From: Chiloscyllium plagiosum
Lineage: Eukaryota
DNA length: 42,436 nt
Reading direction: 5' to 3'
Assembly (NCBI RefSeq): GCF_004010195.1
Contig: NW_025214366.1
Coordinates: 1-42,436 of the forward strand
A program made the translations under genes and the position numbers. Each line of letters starts with the position of its first letter. Position 1 is the stretch's first letter. This document shows positions 1-10,325 of this stretch, piece after piece. The notes under the pieces were generated by a model that made no database searches, was not told where the DNA came from, and saw nothing but the letters and a program-made list of their open reading frames with translations.

Positions 1-39
1 AGTTCCTAATACAGAGGGTGGAAACGTGGCTGTCCTGAA

Positions 40-340
40 GGATTCCCTCCCAGTTTCCTGAAGACAAACGGAGTTTGGGAATTCCTGAATTTTGGTCTAA
101 ATTGTGGTCGATCCTGTGTCGTGGAGAAATGTAAACGCAGGAAAAACGTATTTTAAGTGCCTGAGGAGCCTTCGGAACAGTGTCTCCTTCTCCCTGTAAC
201 GGGATCTCTTCCCTCCGGATCTTATCGTTTGTTCAATTCACTGACGTCCGACCGTTCACAAACAATGTCAGGGACAGAAAGTTTCGGGGAATGTCAGTTA
301 TAGAATGTCGGGGACAGAACGTTCTGGGGAACTCCTTGAT
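40..340. promoter_or_regulatory. Candidate inducible enhancer/promoter motif cluster (NF-kB-like, STAT/GAS-like, CRE-like)
   Basis: GGGAATTCC at 77-85; TGACGT at 242-247; TTCGGGGAA (TTCN3GAA) at 283-291; TTCTGGGGAA (TTCN4GAA) at 322-331, overlapping GGGGAACTCC at 326-335. The region is locally CpG-rich and not recognisable as a repeat. Motif match only. Confidence 0.3.
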
Positions 341-1328
341 CTGTCCATCACCTTTCTCCCCCATCCACCCAACCAACATGCACAGGCTACATATCTGTCC
401 AGCACGGGGAGCTGCACAGAAAACATCATTGCATTATCTGTAAACCTCAACCAGATAGTCTGACCAGCACAGCGACCTGTGCAGTGATCTCCCATGAATT
501 AACCTGTAAACCAGGAGTAGTTACACTCCCAGCAGGTAGGACTGTGTACACCACCCCAATGCATTGCTCAGTAACATTGTATTAGATCCCTGCCCAGTGT
601 GGGGAAACTTGCAGCCCATGCTGGAAGTGACAGGAGGTGCAGTTCCCATCCATTTCCAGCTCTCCATCTCTCCATTGTGCCATTTAAAGGGGATGCTGTG
701 TTTGTGAACATCACTGCCACAGAAAGACAGAGATGGAGGGGGAATCCGGTTAAACAACAACAAATGGGAGGGGTTTGGGAAATAGACAGAGTGGGGGAGA
801 CTGAGAGACAGTGTTATGGAAGGATGTGTTCCCAGGTTGCAGAATGCAGAAATGAAAACATTTTTACAGCATCCTGTAACATAAGCCAGTGCTTCCACTA
901 ATGATAGGTGAACAGGATATTGGTGGGAGTTCAGATGATGCAGAGATTTGTACGAGTATTTGTTCTGCAGCTTTGTATCTGGGCGTAGGGTCAGCAGAGT
1001 CTATGACTCATTGGGAAAATTCTAACAGTAATTTATCTCAGTGACATTTTCATTGACTGTGACAGAGGGATTATCCTCACGAGGCTGAGCTAGTTTCCTG
1101 GTGCTATCTTATCGAACTCACCTCATAAACTACCCACCCCACTCCATGGTGTCCCTCTCATTCAATACCAGCCCGATTCTCCCACCCATCATGACTGGAG
1201 GTACTCACCATCGCCCGGTTGTCCCTGGATATTCCATGATCCATGACACTGGCACCATCTTTAAAAGGCCAAGGGCACACAGTTGAGCTTTCTGAGTTTG
1301 GAGCTGCCCTGCACAGTTTACCCCGAGC

Positions 1329-1670
1329 ATGGCAGAAAAGGGGCAATTACACCACGGTTTGCGGACAGGAGCACGGAGGTCCTGGTGATTGGGCTCGTAC
1401 GGAGGGGGACCATTCTCTTCCCAGAGAGGGGCACACCACCAGACCCACCGAGCATGGTCTGAGCTCACCGCCCAGCTCGGTGCAGTATCTGCGGTCTGAA
1501 GAAATGTCCCGCACCCCCCTCCCTTTCTCCCATTCAAGGAGAAACAGTATGGAATAGGACAGAAAAGGCCAAGCTCGATATCCGTTCCCTCACCCCTCTC
1601 CCCCTGCCATGTGGGGAGGACCCTGGTAGGAGCCGGAGAGGACGGGGACGCACCGTGTGGAGATTCTGAC
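1329..1670 (+). pseudogene. PIF/Harbinger Myb/SANT-like DNA-binding ORF relic
   Basis: Frameshifted translation TPRFADRSTEVLVIGLVRRGTILFP..HQTHRAWSELTAQLGAVSAV*RN, then ..WNRTEKAK..GRTLVGAGEDGDAPCGD. This resembles the PRF..LE.LV..V..R...LF..AW.E.A..V Myb/SANT domain of Harbinger/NAIF1-type proteins. Confidence 0.6.
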
Positions 1671-1939
1671 CCATCCATGTCCCACCGACTGAGTAAGGAG
1701 CAATGCTCAGTGAAGGGCAATTCTCACTTTAAACCCACTGGCAGCTCCGTTTCTCCCCGCCACAACTTAGAAGCCGTGGCCCTGATGCCATCTACCTTTT
1801 GTGTCGAGCTGGTACAAATGGAATCCCCATGGTCTCGGTGGGCAGGAGAATGGGCTTACAATACATCGTCACCACCACGTCCCAGGAGCACCGAGGCTCC
1901 CTCCTACTACTCCTCCTGTAAACAGCTCAGATACTGAAA

Positions 1940-2240
1940 TTAATCTGTGATAGTAACTGCTCTCCCCACTTGTCCTGACATCTTCTACAATCTGTACTCA
2001 TATGCACCCAGGGCCCTCTGTTTCTACAGCCTCTTTATAACGGTACAGCGTGTTTTATATTGTCGTCCATTTTCTTTCCTACCAAAGTGCATCACCTCAC
2101 ACTGCTCTGCACTGATCCCCAACTGCGATACACCTGAACATGACACCAACGTGTCACTATCCTGTTAAGAGTTCCACACTCTCCTCCATAGACTTTACAA
2201 TTCTTCCAGGTTTGGTGCCATCTACAAACACTGAAATTGC
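1940..2240 (-). mobile_element. CR1 LINE RT fragment, degraded
   Basis: Minus strand reads ISVFVDGTKPG (degenerate ISKFADDTKLG), followed by recognisable downstream RT sequence. Confidence 0.7.
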
Positions 2241-2246
2241 CATAGC

Positions 2247-2817
2247 GTCACAATCCCCATGAAACAACTGAAATCCTGCCATACTCACGAGTGTGAGCAA
2301 GTGAAATACTGATATATTCCCACGGATGGGGTTGAATAATGACAAACTGTCAATGGAGTAACAAAAGTCCTGACACACACCAGACGGAGCGAATGAAATA
2401 TTGACAAACCACAGAGCAAAAGAAACCTGGATAGACTCCGCTTATCTATATTCATCAGGGTATAATGTGATGAAGTTGAAAGCGTGTACAGTACCTTTAA
2501 GAGACGTACTGAACTGAATGCTTTGGACTGAGAGCTAACAAGCACCTGAGATATGAGAGAATAGCAGATCCAGAAAAAATATATTGCTGTAGAGCTAGAA
2601 TCAGGTAATAAGCAGTTAAGAGAAAGAGGGTCCCACAGTTGTGAATAGTTAATGTAAAATGTTCACTTTCAGAGCTAAAAAATAAATTGATGTTTTTATT
2701 TAAACAGTGGAACTTTGGAATTCTCTGTCCCTCATATGTTAAGTTTACGAGGTAAATTGAGTATTTCTTTACGTTTCATTTAAGTTACCAGATGAGCTTC
2801 ACGCAGTGCCCGAACCA
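2247..2817 (+). mobile_element. Solo LTR related to the Gypsy element at 15.4-22.4 kb
   Basis: 2680-2770 is the reverse complement homologue of 22300-22388 and 15495-15580 (ataaattgatgtttttatttaaacagtggaactttggaattctctgtccctcat...). The left boundary is uncertain. Confidence 0.6.
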
Positions 2818-3009
2818 TTCCCATGTGTGTATCTGTGTGTGTATGTGTGGGGCAGGTCTGGCAGTCTCTGTGGTGCTAAAAGTGATGCAATGCCACACCC
2901 TCTGCTGGACTCCACACGCCACTGCACAGGCATTGGCAGAGGGTGAAAACCAACAGGGATTCATTAAGAGAGGGAGAGGGCAGCTGCTCACAGCACCATC
3001 CAAACTGAT

Positions 3010-3860
3010 GTCTTATCCATGTACTGATCTAAATGTCCTTTAAACATTGTACCTGTCCCTGCTTTCACCACTTCCTCTGGAAGTTCATTCCACACACGAG
3101 GCAGCTTCTGTCTAAAATAATTACCTCTCGTGACTTCTGTAATTCTTTTTCCTTGCACCTTAAAGTATTCCTTAGTTTTGAATCCCCAACTCGAGGGAAA
3201 AGACATTAGCCCTTCAGTTTCTCTGAACCCCTCATTATTTTATAAACCTCTGTAAAGTTACCCATTAATATCATCCTCTCCAGTGAAAAATGTCCCAGAC
3301 TACCCAGTCTCTCCGAATAGCTCAATCTCTCCTTTCCCTGCAACATCCAGGTTAATCTGTTCTCACCCCTCTCCAGCTTCATAATATCAAGGTCAGTAAT
3401 ATCAAGGTGAAGAGTCACGGTATTTTATGAGGGTAGGAGAGACCAAAACTAGAGGGCATAGTTTTAAGGTGAGATGGGGAAAATTTAAAAGAGACATAAG
3501 GGGCAGCTTTTTCACACAGAGGGTGGTTTGCCTATGGAATGGGCGGGCAAGGTGACCGGACTGGACACAGTATTCCAGAATAGATCTCACCAATGTTCTG
3601 TACAACCACAACATGACATCCCAATTCCGATACTCAAAGGTCTGACCTATGAAGACAAGTGTGTTAAACACCTTCTTAACCACACTGTATGAGTTGCAAA
3701 TTTTAAAGAATTATACCTGACGGCCTAGATCTCTTTTCTACAACACTCCAAAGACCCTACTTTTAATTGTATAGGTCCTGCTCTTGTTTGATTTACCAAA
3801 CCCAATACCTCGTATTAATCCAAACTAAACTCCATCTGCCACTCTTCAGCCCAGTGAGTG
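3010..3860 (-). mobile_element. CR1 LINE ORF2 C-terminal region, interrupted by a plus-strand CR1 fragment at 3408-3543
   Basis: Minus-strand LYRTLVRSILEYCVQ, LSYSERLGSLGHFSLE and RVWNELPEEVV; plus-strand TRGHSFKV..FFTQRVV at 3408-3543. Confidence 0.85.
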
Positions 3861-4415
3861 CTATTACCACCTCCTCACCTTCCCCGTTTAATTTTAAAAT
3901 TCCCTCCCACTCTCCAGGATACCTGCGCACTCCAGCCTTGATTTTCACAAATACCCTGAGCTTGGTTTGCCTTGTGCAGTTAAGGAGATGAGGGACAGGT
4001 TGCAGAAACAGTCAGTGGGGAGGAGAGGCTGGACAGTAATCGTTTAATGGTTTTAGGAAAAGGACAGTCACACATGAGAGTTGACGAATACTGGTCAGTG
4101 TTTTGGGGCCAGAAATTATGGTCTTTCTCCGTCTCTGGTGTTCAGTAATAAATATCTATTCGAGACTCTTCAATGTGCAGAGTGTGTCTGCAGGACTTCT
4201 TTCCCTAATTTTGCAGACTACAGATAATAGCGATTAAAGTTGTTCATAGTTAATTTCGATGACACAGCACGTGTACTCAACATTCTACAGTTGAGACAAA
4301 TATTTTGCATTTGTATAACAATATAAAGTGTTTTGTGTAGTTCAGTAATGGTAACCTGATTATAATAAATCCACACTGAGCTGACCGCTGGCACTTAAAA
4401 TGTAACCCAAAATCT

Positions 4416-4712
4416 GGGCATGGTAGTGTAGTGGGTAGTGTCGCTGCCTCTCAGTCAGAGCTCTGTATTTGATTCCAATTCCTGAATGTATGTGGTCGTG
4501 TTCCTTGCTCTGGACTAGAAGGTCTGGATTCAAGTCCTGCCTGTTGCAGAGGTATGTCACAGCATGTCAGAACAGGCTGATGAATAAACACACAGGAGAA
4601 TAATGTTACAGCTTTATGGGTATTGCCGAGAGGTGCTAGTGTCCCTACCTCCGGGCACAAAGGTCTAGGTGTAAATCCCACAGAAGTGTCTCATGATACA
4701 GGTGAACAGGCC
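4416..4712 (+). mobile_element. Three tandem degraded tRNA-derived SINE heads
   Basis: A-box-like tggtagtgtagtgg and B-box-like ggattcaagtcc / ggtgtaaatccc. The related tail (agaggtatgtcacagcatgtcagaacagg / agaagtgtctcatgatacaggtgaacagg) is repeated. Confidence 0.5.
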
Positions 4713-4813
4713 TAAAGGGCACCTTTTCACACAGAGGGTGGTGTGTGTATGGAATGAGCTGCTAGAGGAAGTCGTGGAGGCTGGTACAACTACAGAATGT
4801 AAAAAGCATCTGG
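4712..4813 (+). mobile_element. CR1 ORF2 C-terminal fragment
   Basis: KGHLFTQRVVCVWNELLEEVVEAGT. Confidence 0.8.
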
Positions 4814-5245
4814 GTACTGACAGACCTGCCAAGCTTTTCCAGCAATTTCTGTATTTCTTTAAAAAACTGCATTCATTTTGATACAGGTGTTCTGAATAAA
4901 TTAAACATTTTATTTTTTAATGACGCAGGGACATGTAAACATATTTCAAATTGACCGAGACCATTTTCTGCTTAGTGTATGGCTCTGTGCATGACAGCAG
5001 CAATGATGCACCTACCTAGAGCAGGGAATGTGATGGAGACATAGTTTGGACAATGTACAAGGACCAGTTTGGGAGAGGATGACATTACTGTGTGATTCAG
5101 CTCAGAGTGAGACAAAGTGTCATCTGCCCAAGAAGAAACGGCCTATTGCACTTTCTCTCCTTCATTATTCCTCATCACAGCAATGTGCAGGAGCTAAACA
5201 AAAAACCTCTACAGTCATCGTTACCATTCTTATTTTTATATATTC

Positions 5246-5570
5246 TCTGCAGTGTTGAAACAGGCCCTTTGGCCCAACAAGTTCATACCAAACTTCCAAA
5301 GAGTCACCTTCCCAGACCCGTTCCCCAACATTTACCCCTGACCATTGCATCTAACCTAGAAATCCCTGAATACTACGGACAATTTAGCATAACCAATCCA
5401 CCGAACCAACACAGTTTGAGTTGTGGGAGGAAACTGGATCACCCATTAGAAGCTCACACAGACAAGCGGAGAATGTGCAAACTCCACACAGATAGTCGCC
5501 CGAGGCTAGAATTGAACCCACGTCCCTGAGGCTGTGAGGCAGAGGTGCAAACCGATGAGCCGCTGTGTTA
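5246..5570 (-). mobile_element. HE1-like V-SINE (tRNA head, V-domain, CR1-derived tail)
   Basis: Minus strand has a tRNA-like head (gggttcaattctagcctc), a V-domain (tgtgtggagtttgcacattctcc) and a CR1-type tail (gggccaaagggcctgtttc). Confidence 0.85.
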
Positions 5571-5794
5571 CCCTTTGGGCGATCCCTGACCAGAATTCAT
5601 TGGAATCTCCTCACTGCCGAATGCAAAGGGAATTCAGCCAAATCCAACTGCTCCAGAATGAAATCCCATTGCTAGCAGCTTGTGTGAGTACAATATCTTC
5701 AGAAGCAGAATAACATTTTGGACAATCTCGCAATTTTTCCTTTGGTCATGAGTTACAATAATATCTGGACAAAGTTCTTTCAAGTGCAAATTGC

Positions 5795-5798
5795 AGAG

Positions 5799-5835
<37 letters not shown>
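5795..5835. repeat. (GA)n(GT)n microsatellite
   Basis: agagagagtgtgtgtg... seen directly. Confidence 0.95.
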
Positions 5836-5837
<2 letters not shown>

Positions 5838-6074
5838 AGAAAGGGAAATATTGATTATATATTTGCAATACCCAAACAGATTGCCATTCATCTTTCCATC
5901 ATAGTCTGAGTAACATTGCTCTGGATCATAAACGTGCTATTTCAGCTGATTAAAGAAACTAGCCTGACTTGTTCCTAAAACTGACTTTGACCCAGTTTGA
6001 ACCAATATCATCGGCCATATCACAAGCCTGGTTACATTTGCTGTGAGCAGTGGAGGAATGGGACTAGAAAAGGA

Positions 6075-7830
6075 AACAGTGACCCAAAAAAACGGGGAAC
6101 TATAGGCCGCTGAGCCTGATGTCAGTGGTGGGTAAGTTGTTGGAGGGGATTCTGAGGGATAGTATTTACATACATTTGGGAAGGTGAGGTCTGATCGGCG
6201 TAGACAACGTGGCTTTCTGCATGGGAAATCATGTCTCATTAATTTGGTTGAGTTTTTTGAAGAGGTGACAAAGAAGATTGATTAAGACAGTTTGGTAGAC
6301 ATTGTCTATATGGACTTCAGCAAGGTGTTCATTTAAAGAACAAAGAGCAATGAATATTTACAGCCCAGGAACAGGCCCTTCGCCCTCCAAGTCTGATCCG
6401 ATCCAAATGTATTGTCTAAATCTGTCGCCCATTTCCTAATCATCTGTATCCCTCTGCTCCCCACCTACTCATGCATCTGTCCAGACGCATCTTACATGAA
6501 TCTACCGTGCCTGCCTCTACCACCCCTGCTAGCAACGCGTTCCAAATGCCCAGCACCCTCTGTGTGAAGTACTTTCCGCGTATTCCCCCTTAAACTTTCC
6601 ACCTCTCACTTTGAAAGCGTGACCTCTCGTTATTGAATCCTTCATCCTGGGAAAAAGTTTGTCTCTATCCACCATCTCCATACCCTTCATGACTTTGCAA
6701 ACCTCAATCAGGTCCACTCTCAATCTCATTTTTTTCTAGTGAAAATGTTCCTAACCTACTCAGCCTCTCTTCATACCTCGTATTTCATTCTGATTGGTAG
6801 ACAGATTAGTAAGTTTCGGTACATGGGATACAGAAGAAGCTAGTCACAACTGGCTTGAAGGAAGAGGGATATTTTTCAGGCTTGAGGATGTGAGCAACAG
6901 TGTGCTGCAAGAATCAGCACTGAATTCACTGCATTTCATCATTTATGTAAAGGATTTAGATGTTAATATTGGGGCTATAGTTAGTGAGTTTACAGGTGAC
7001 ACCAGAATGGTAGTGTAGTAGATTATATCAGAGTACAACAAGACCATAATTAGATGGGACAAAGGGGCAAGGAGTGACAGATGAAGTTTAATTTAGATAA
7101 ATGCGAGGTTTTGTATTTTAGGAAGGAAAATCAGGGCAGACATTATATACTTCATGGTCAGGTCCTGGGGCGTGTTGTGAAACAAAGGGGCATAGGGCTG
7201 CAGGTGCATTGTTCCTTGAAAGTGGAGTTGCAGGTAGACAGTGTGGTGCAGAACACATTTGGCACATTTGCCTTAATCAGTCAGAGCATTGAGTATAGGA
7301 GTTGTGTTGGTATGTTTTATCTGTACAGGATGTTGATCAGGCCACTTTAAGAATACTGCATACAACTCTGCAGAAATGACTTGCACACAGATGTTCCAGG
7401 ACTGGAAGCTTGAGCTTTAGGGAGAGGTTGATTAGGTTGAGGTGTTTCCCCCTGGAGTGTCAGAGGTGAAGTGGTGACATTGTAGAGGTTTATAAAACCA
7501 TCAGGGGCATAGATATTCTGAACAGTCACGCTCTGTTCCCCAGGGTATGGGGTCCGGAACAAGAGGGCATAGGCTGAAGTCGGGAGGGCGAATGATTTAG
7601 AAGGGACCTGAAGATAAATGTTTCACACAGAGAGTGATGTGTGTACACAGAGTGCTGTCAGAGGAAGTGGTCAAGGCGGGTACAATCGCACATTTAAAAA
7701 GTATCTGAAAGAGAAGGAATATTTACCAAATGCTGGCAAATGGGACTGGATCAGATTTGATATCTGATCGGAGTGAACAGATTGGACTAACGGGTCTGTT
7801 TCCATTCTGCATGACTCTTTGATTCTATAA
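6075..7830 (+). mobile_element. CR1 LINE RT to 3' UTR, degraded, split by a nested insertion
   Basis: NYRPLSLMSVVGKLLEGIL..GKSCLINLVEFFEEVT..VDIVYMDFSKV; SEFTGDT; MKFNLDKCEVLYF; 3' tail gactctttgattctat. Confidence 0.9.
6333..6778 (-). mobile_element. CR1 3' end nested in the preceding CR1
   Basis: MRLRVDLIEVCKVMKG..TRGHAFKVRGGKFKG plus 3' UTR with a (tgttctt)-type tail. Confidence 0.85.
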
Positions 7831-7899
7831 GAGGGACGACGAATAATTCTGAAAGGACCTTTCAAGTGGGAATTCTCTTCACTGGACGTTTATCGTGCC

Positions 7900-8092
7900 T
7901 CTATGTTCACATTGATTGAAAGCTGCATTAGTTAAATATTTGACAAAGAAGTGAGCCATGCATAATGGGATATAGACAGGAAAGTGGGGCTGAGACCCCA
8001 ACCTGATCAGCCACAATCTTAGTGCCTGGTGGAGAAGGCTCAAATTATCTAATGACCAACTCCTGTTCCTCAGTCCCATGTTCCTGTGTTCC
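7900..8092 (+). mobile_element. CR1 3' UTR fragment
   Basis: gatcagccacaatctt..ggagaaggctc..aatgaccaactcctgttcct..catgttcctgtgttcc, homologous to 12840-12905. Confidence 0.7.
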
Positions 8093-8199
8093 ATTCAGCC
8101 ACTCAAACTGCTAGACAGGAGCAGTTGGAGGCTATTTACTGCTATAAACTGGTGCATAGAAACAGAGGAGACCATTCCGCCCTTCAAGACGGTCCCACA

Positions 8200-8410
8200 C
8201 GGTTTGAGGTGATTTGGGAAATGTAATTGGAAAACCCAGGCTGGGTATGAAAGAGGCCCCTCATCTCTCTTTACAGAGCTTCCCCTCTCTGCAACTTGTG
8301 TTTCATTTGTTGGTCATGTTGTAAACCCAAATTCACTGTGAATACAGCCCCCATACCTCATCCAGGATGGCTCACAAAATCCTCTGGTCTCCCTGACTGC
8401 AATATGCAAT
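8200..8410 (-). pseudogene. Harbinger transposase N-terminal relic
   Basis: 8277-8400 aligns with 33220-33345. The minus strand reads LSYPAWVFQLHF (compare LYPPRVF in the 33-kb copy). Confidence 0.6.
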
Positions 8411-8459
8411 AACAGAGCATTCGTGAAAATAACACCCACTAAGTTTCCAATAACAGAAT

Positions 8460-8700
8460 GTGAGAACATCAGAAACAGGGGCAGGTCGTTCACTCCCCAA
8501 ACCTGCTTTTCCCTTCAATAAGATCGTGGCTGATCTGCTATCGGTCTGAAATCCTCTTTAATGCCCAATTCCTCATAACCCTCACCTCTCTGACAGATCA
8601 ATATCCATCTACCTCCACTTCAAATACTTTCAGTCATCTAGCTTCCCACCACTCTTGAGAAGAGAAATCCTGACATCCAATTCCACCTGTTTGAAGAAAA
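8460..8700 (-). mobile_element. CR1 3' end fragment
   Basis: ttcaataagatcgtggctgatct is the reverse complement of the CR1 3' UTR motif. Confidence 0.65.
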
Positions 8701-8784
8701 CACTTGCTGCTCCTATATCATGGCCTATTGCTATGAACAAAAGGGGTTGACACAAGGGTTTAGGTAAAAATGACTGGCCCTGAT

Positions 8785-9170
8785 ATCAAGGCAGTGGTTG
8801 ACTTTTGTTGACATGAAGGAGCTTAACAAAACTGGACTTAATGCGAATCAGAGTACTCTCTAGTGTTTGGAATCAAACATGGCACAAAGGAAGATGTTCA
8901 TCATCTCAGTCCTGGTCAGCTCTGTGCGAGATCCTCAGGGTAGCTTCCTCTTCACAAACATCTTCAGCTGCTTCATCAATGTCTCCCCGCTCCCACCCTC
9001 CCCACCATAAGATCAGAAGTGGGGATGGTCACTGAAGATTCCACAATGTTCAGAACATTTTGTACCCCCTCAGCTCCTGAACTGGTCTGTGTCGATGTGC
9101 AGCAAGACCCACACTCCATTGAGACTTGTGCTGTTAACGTGTCTGTAACATTCATATAACAGCACTGCCT
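8785..9170 (+). mobile_element. CR1/L2-group LINE RT fragment (second family)
   Basis: cctcagggtagc..catcttcagctgcttcatcaat (PQGS..IFSCFIN) and gtggggatggtcactgaagattccaca (degenerate MFADDCT). Confidence 0.65.
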
Positions 9171-9322
9171 ATTGCCACAGTAAAACAAGAGTTCATTCAG
9201 TGCTTAATGCTGGTTTCACAGGAATATGAGGAAGCCATTCAGCCCAATGACACTATTGGAGAAGAACAGGGACAGCCCATTCAGTGTCTCCAGACGATTA
9301 CTCAGGAAGGGAAGGACTCTAA

Positions 9323-9931
9323 TGTGATGGACCACCCCAGAGCCCCTCGAAAATGTTGGAAGGCAGTAGCCTAGATTCTAATGTTTACTTATTTTAAAGG
9401 AAATGTAAAGTGTCTGTTCCAGATGCAATATGACTGGTCAAACTACTCGGTGTGAAGCAAAATACCATCTACTTAAACACGAAAGATGAATAAAACAAAA
9501 GAAAGAGGAATTTAGAATAGCGTAATTCTATTGGACAACTTAACAGAATAATAGATCGAGGAGCTATTACTAATGAACTAGTCAAACATAGGAAATTCTC
9601 ATAAACACAGCCCTTGGCAAAAAGGAAAATTCAGGAATTGAAAACAGCATCAAGAGAAAATTCAGAGAGAGTAGTAGCCAGGAGACATTCCCTGAAGCTT
9701 CCAACTCTGTGGAGACCCCAATAGTTTTTGATGTTACTGAGAAACCAAAACCCAGTGATCCGAATCTGTGAGAGCTGGCCACACCCATTCAGGCTGCATT
9801 AAAACAAACCTAAGGCCTCGCTAGCTGCTTACTCAAGTGGTCTTAACTAGCCAGCTTTTTAACGATCATTGAATCTCTCTCTTAAAAGAAACCAGGACAA
9901 AAAAGCCTCTTAAAGCTGCAGCATCATCACA
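9323..9931 (-). mobile_element. Solo LTR
   Basis: Terminal inverted TGTGATG...CATCACA. Homologous to 33442-33730 plus 39908-40233, which abuts a PPT and Gypsy RNase H sequence. Confidence 0.75.
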
Positions 9932-10099
9932 CTTGTCAATACATCGAGCTGTCAAAAAGGAACCAGGGGTAACCCAGTCAGGCCCTTGGCCTTGTCCAAT
10001 CGAACGAGGAAGAAGCCAGTCAGTCCCTTGAGTTACTTATACAGGAACAATAGGAGGCCATTCCCAACTCAATGCACTTAAACGGGTGCGGAATGAGGT

Positions 10100-10240
10100 T
10101 ATTTATGCTGATTCCTAATGAATGGCTTATGCTCGAAACGTCGATTCCCTGCTTCTCGGATGCTGCCTGACCTGCTGTACCTTTCCAGCAATCGAAGCTC
10201 TACTGTTATCTTTAACATCGGCAGTCCTCACTGTCTACTA
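10100..10240 (+). mobile_element. Penelope-like pseudo-LTR fragment with a mutated hammerhead core (10115-10142)
   Basis: cTAATGAatggcttatgctcGAAAcgtc followed by gatgctgcctgacctgctg..tccagca, as in the other pLTR copies. Confidence 0.75.
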
Positions 10241-10247
10241 ATTGATG

Positions 10248-10325
10248 CTCTAACATGATGAACAAGTGGAGCAGAGGCTGCACAGACAGACTGCTCCACG
10301 TTGTTCCTCGTGGCTCCGTTGCTCA
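10248..10325. pseudogene. Harbinger transposase relic, left part (N-terminal piece on +, joined to an inverted C-terminal piece)
   Basis: taacatgatgaacaagtggagcagaggctgca matches the minus strand of 33236-33266. The minus strand of 10291-10327 reads MSNGATRNNVEQ. Confidence 0.55.

Noticed and set aside
521..898. Possible minus-strand exon after an acceptor-like tctctgtctttctgtggcag (~715)
   Set aside because: No frame gives a recognisable domain (no Ig, MHC or TCR motifs), and there is no supporting partner exon.
5620..5690. Short ATG..GTGAGT exon-like stretch
   Set aside because: No homology or downstream exon is recognisable; this is a chance-level signal.
8302..8340. RSS-like heptamers (cactgtg here; cacagtg at 29581, 29828, 32137)
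   Set aside because: No convincing nonamer at 12/23 spacing, all lie within repeats, and there are no V/D/J segments.
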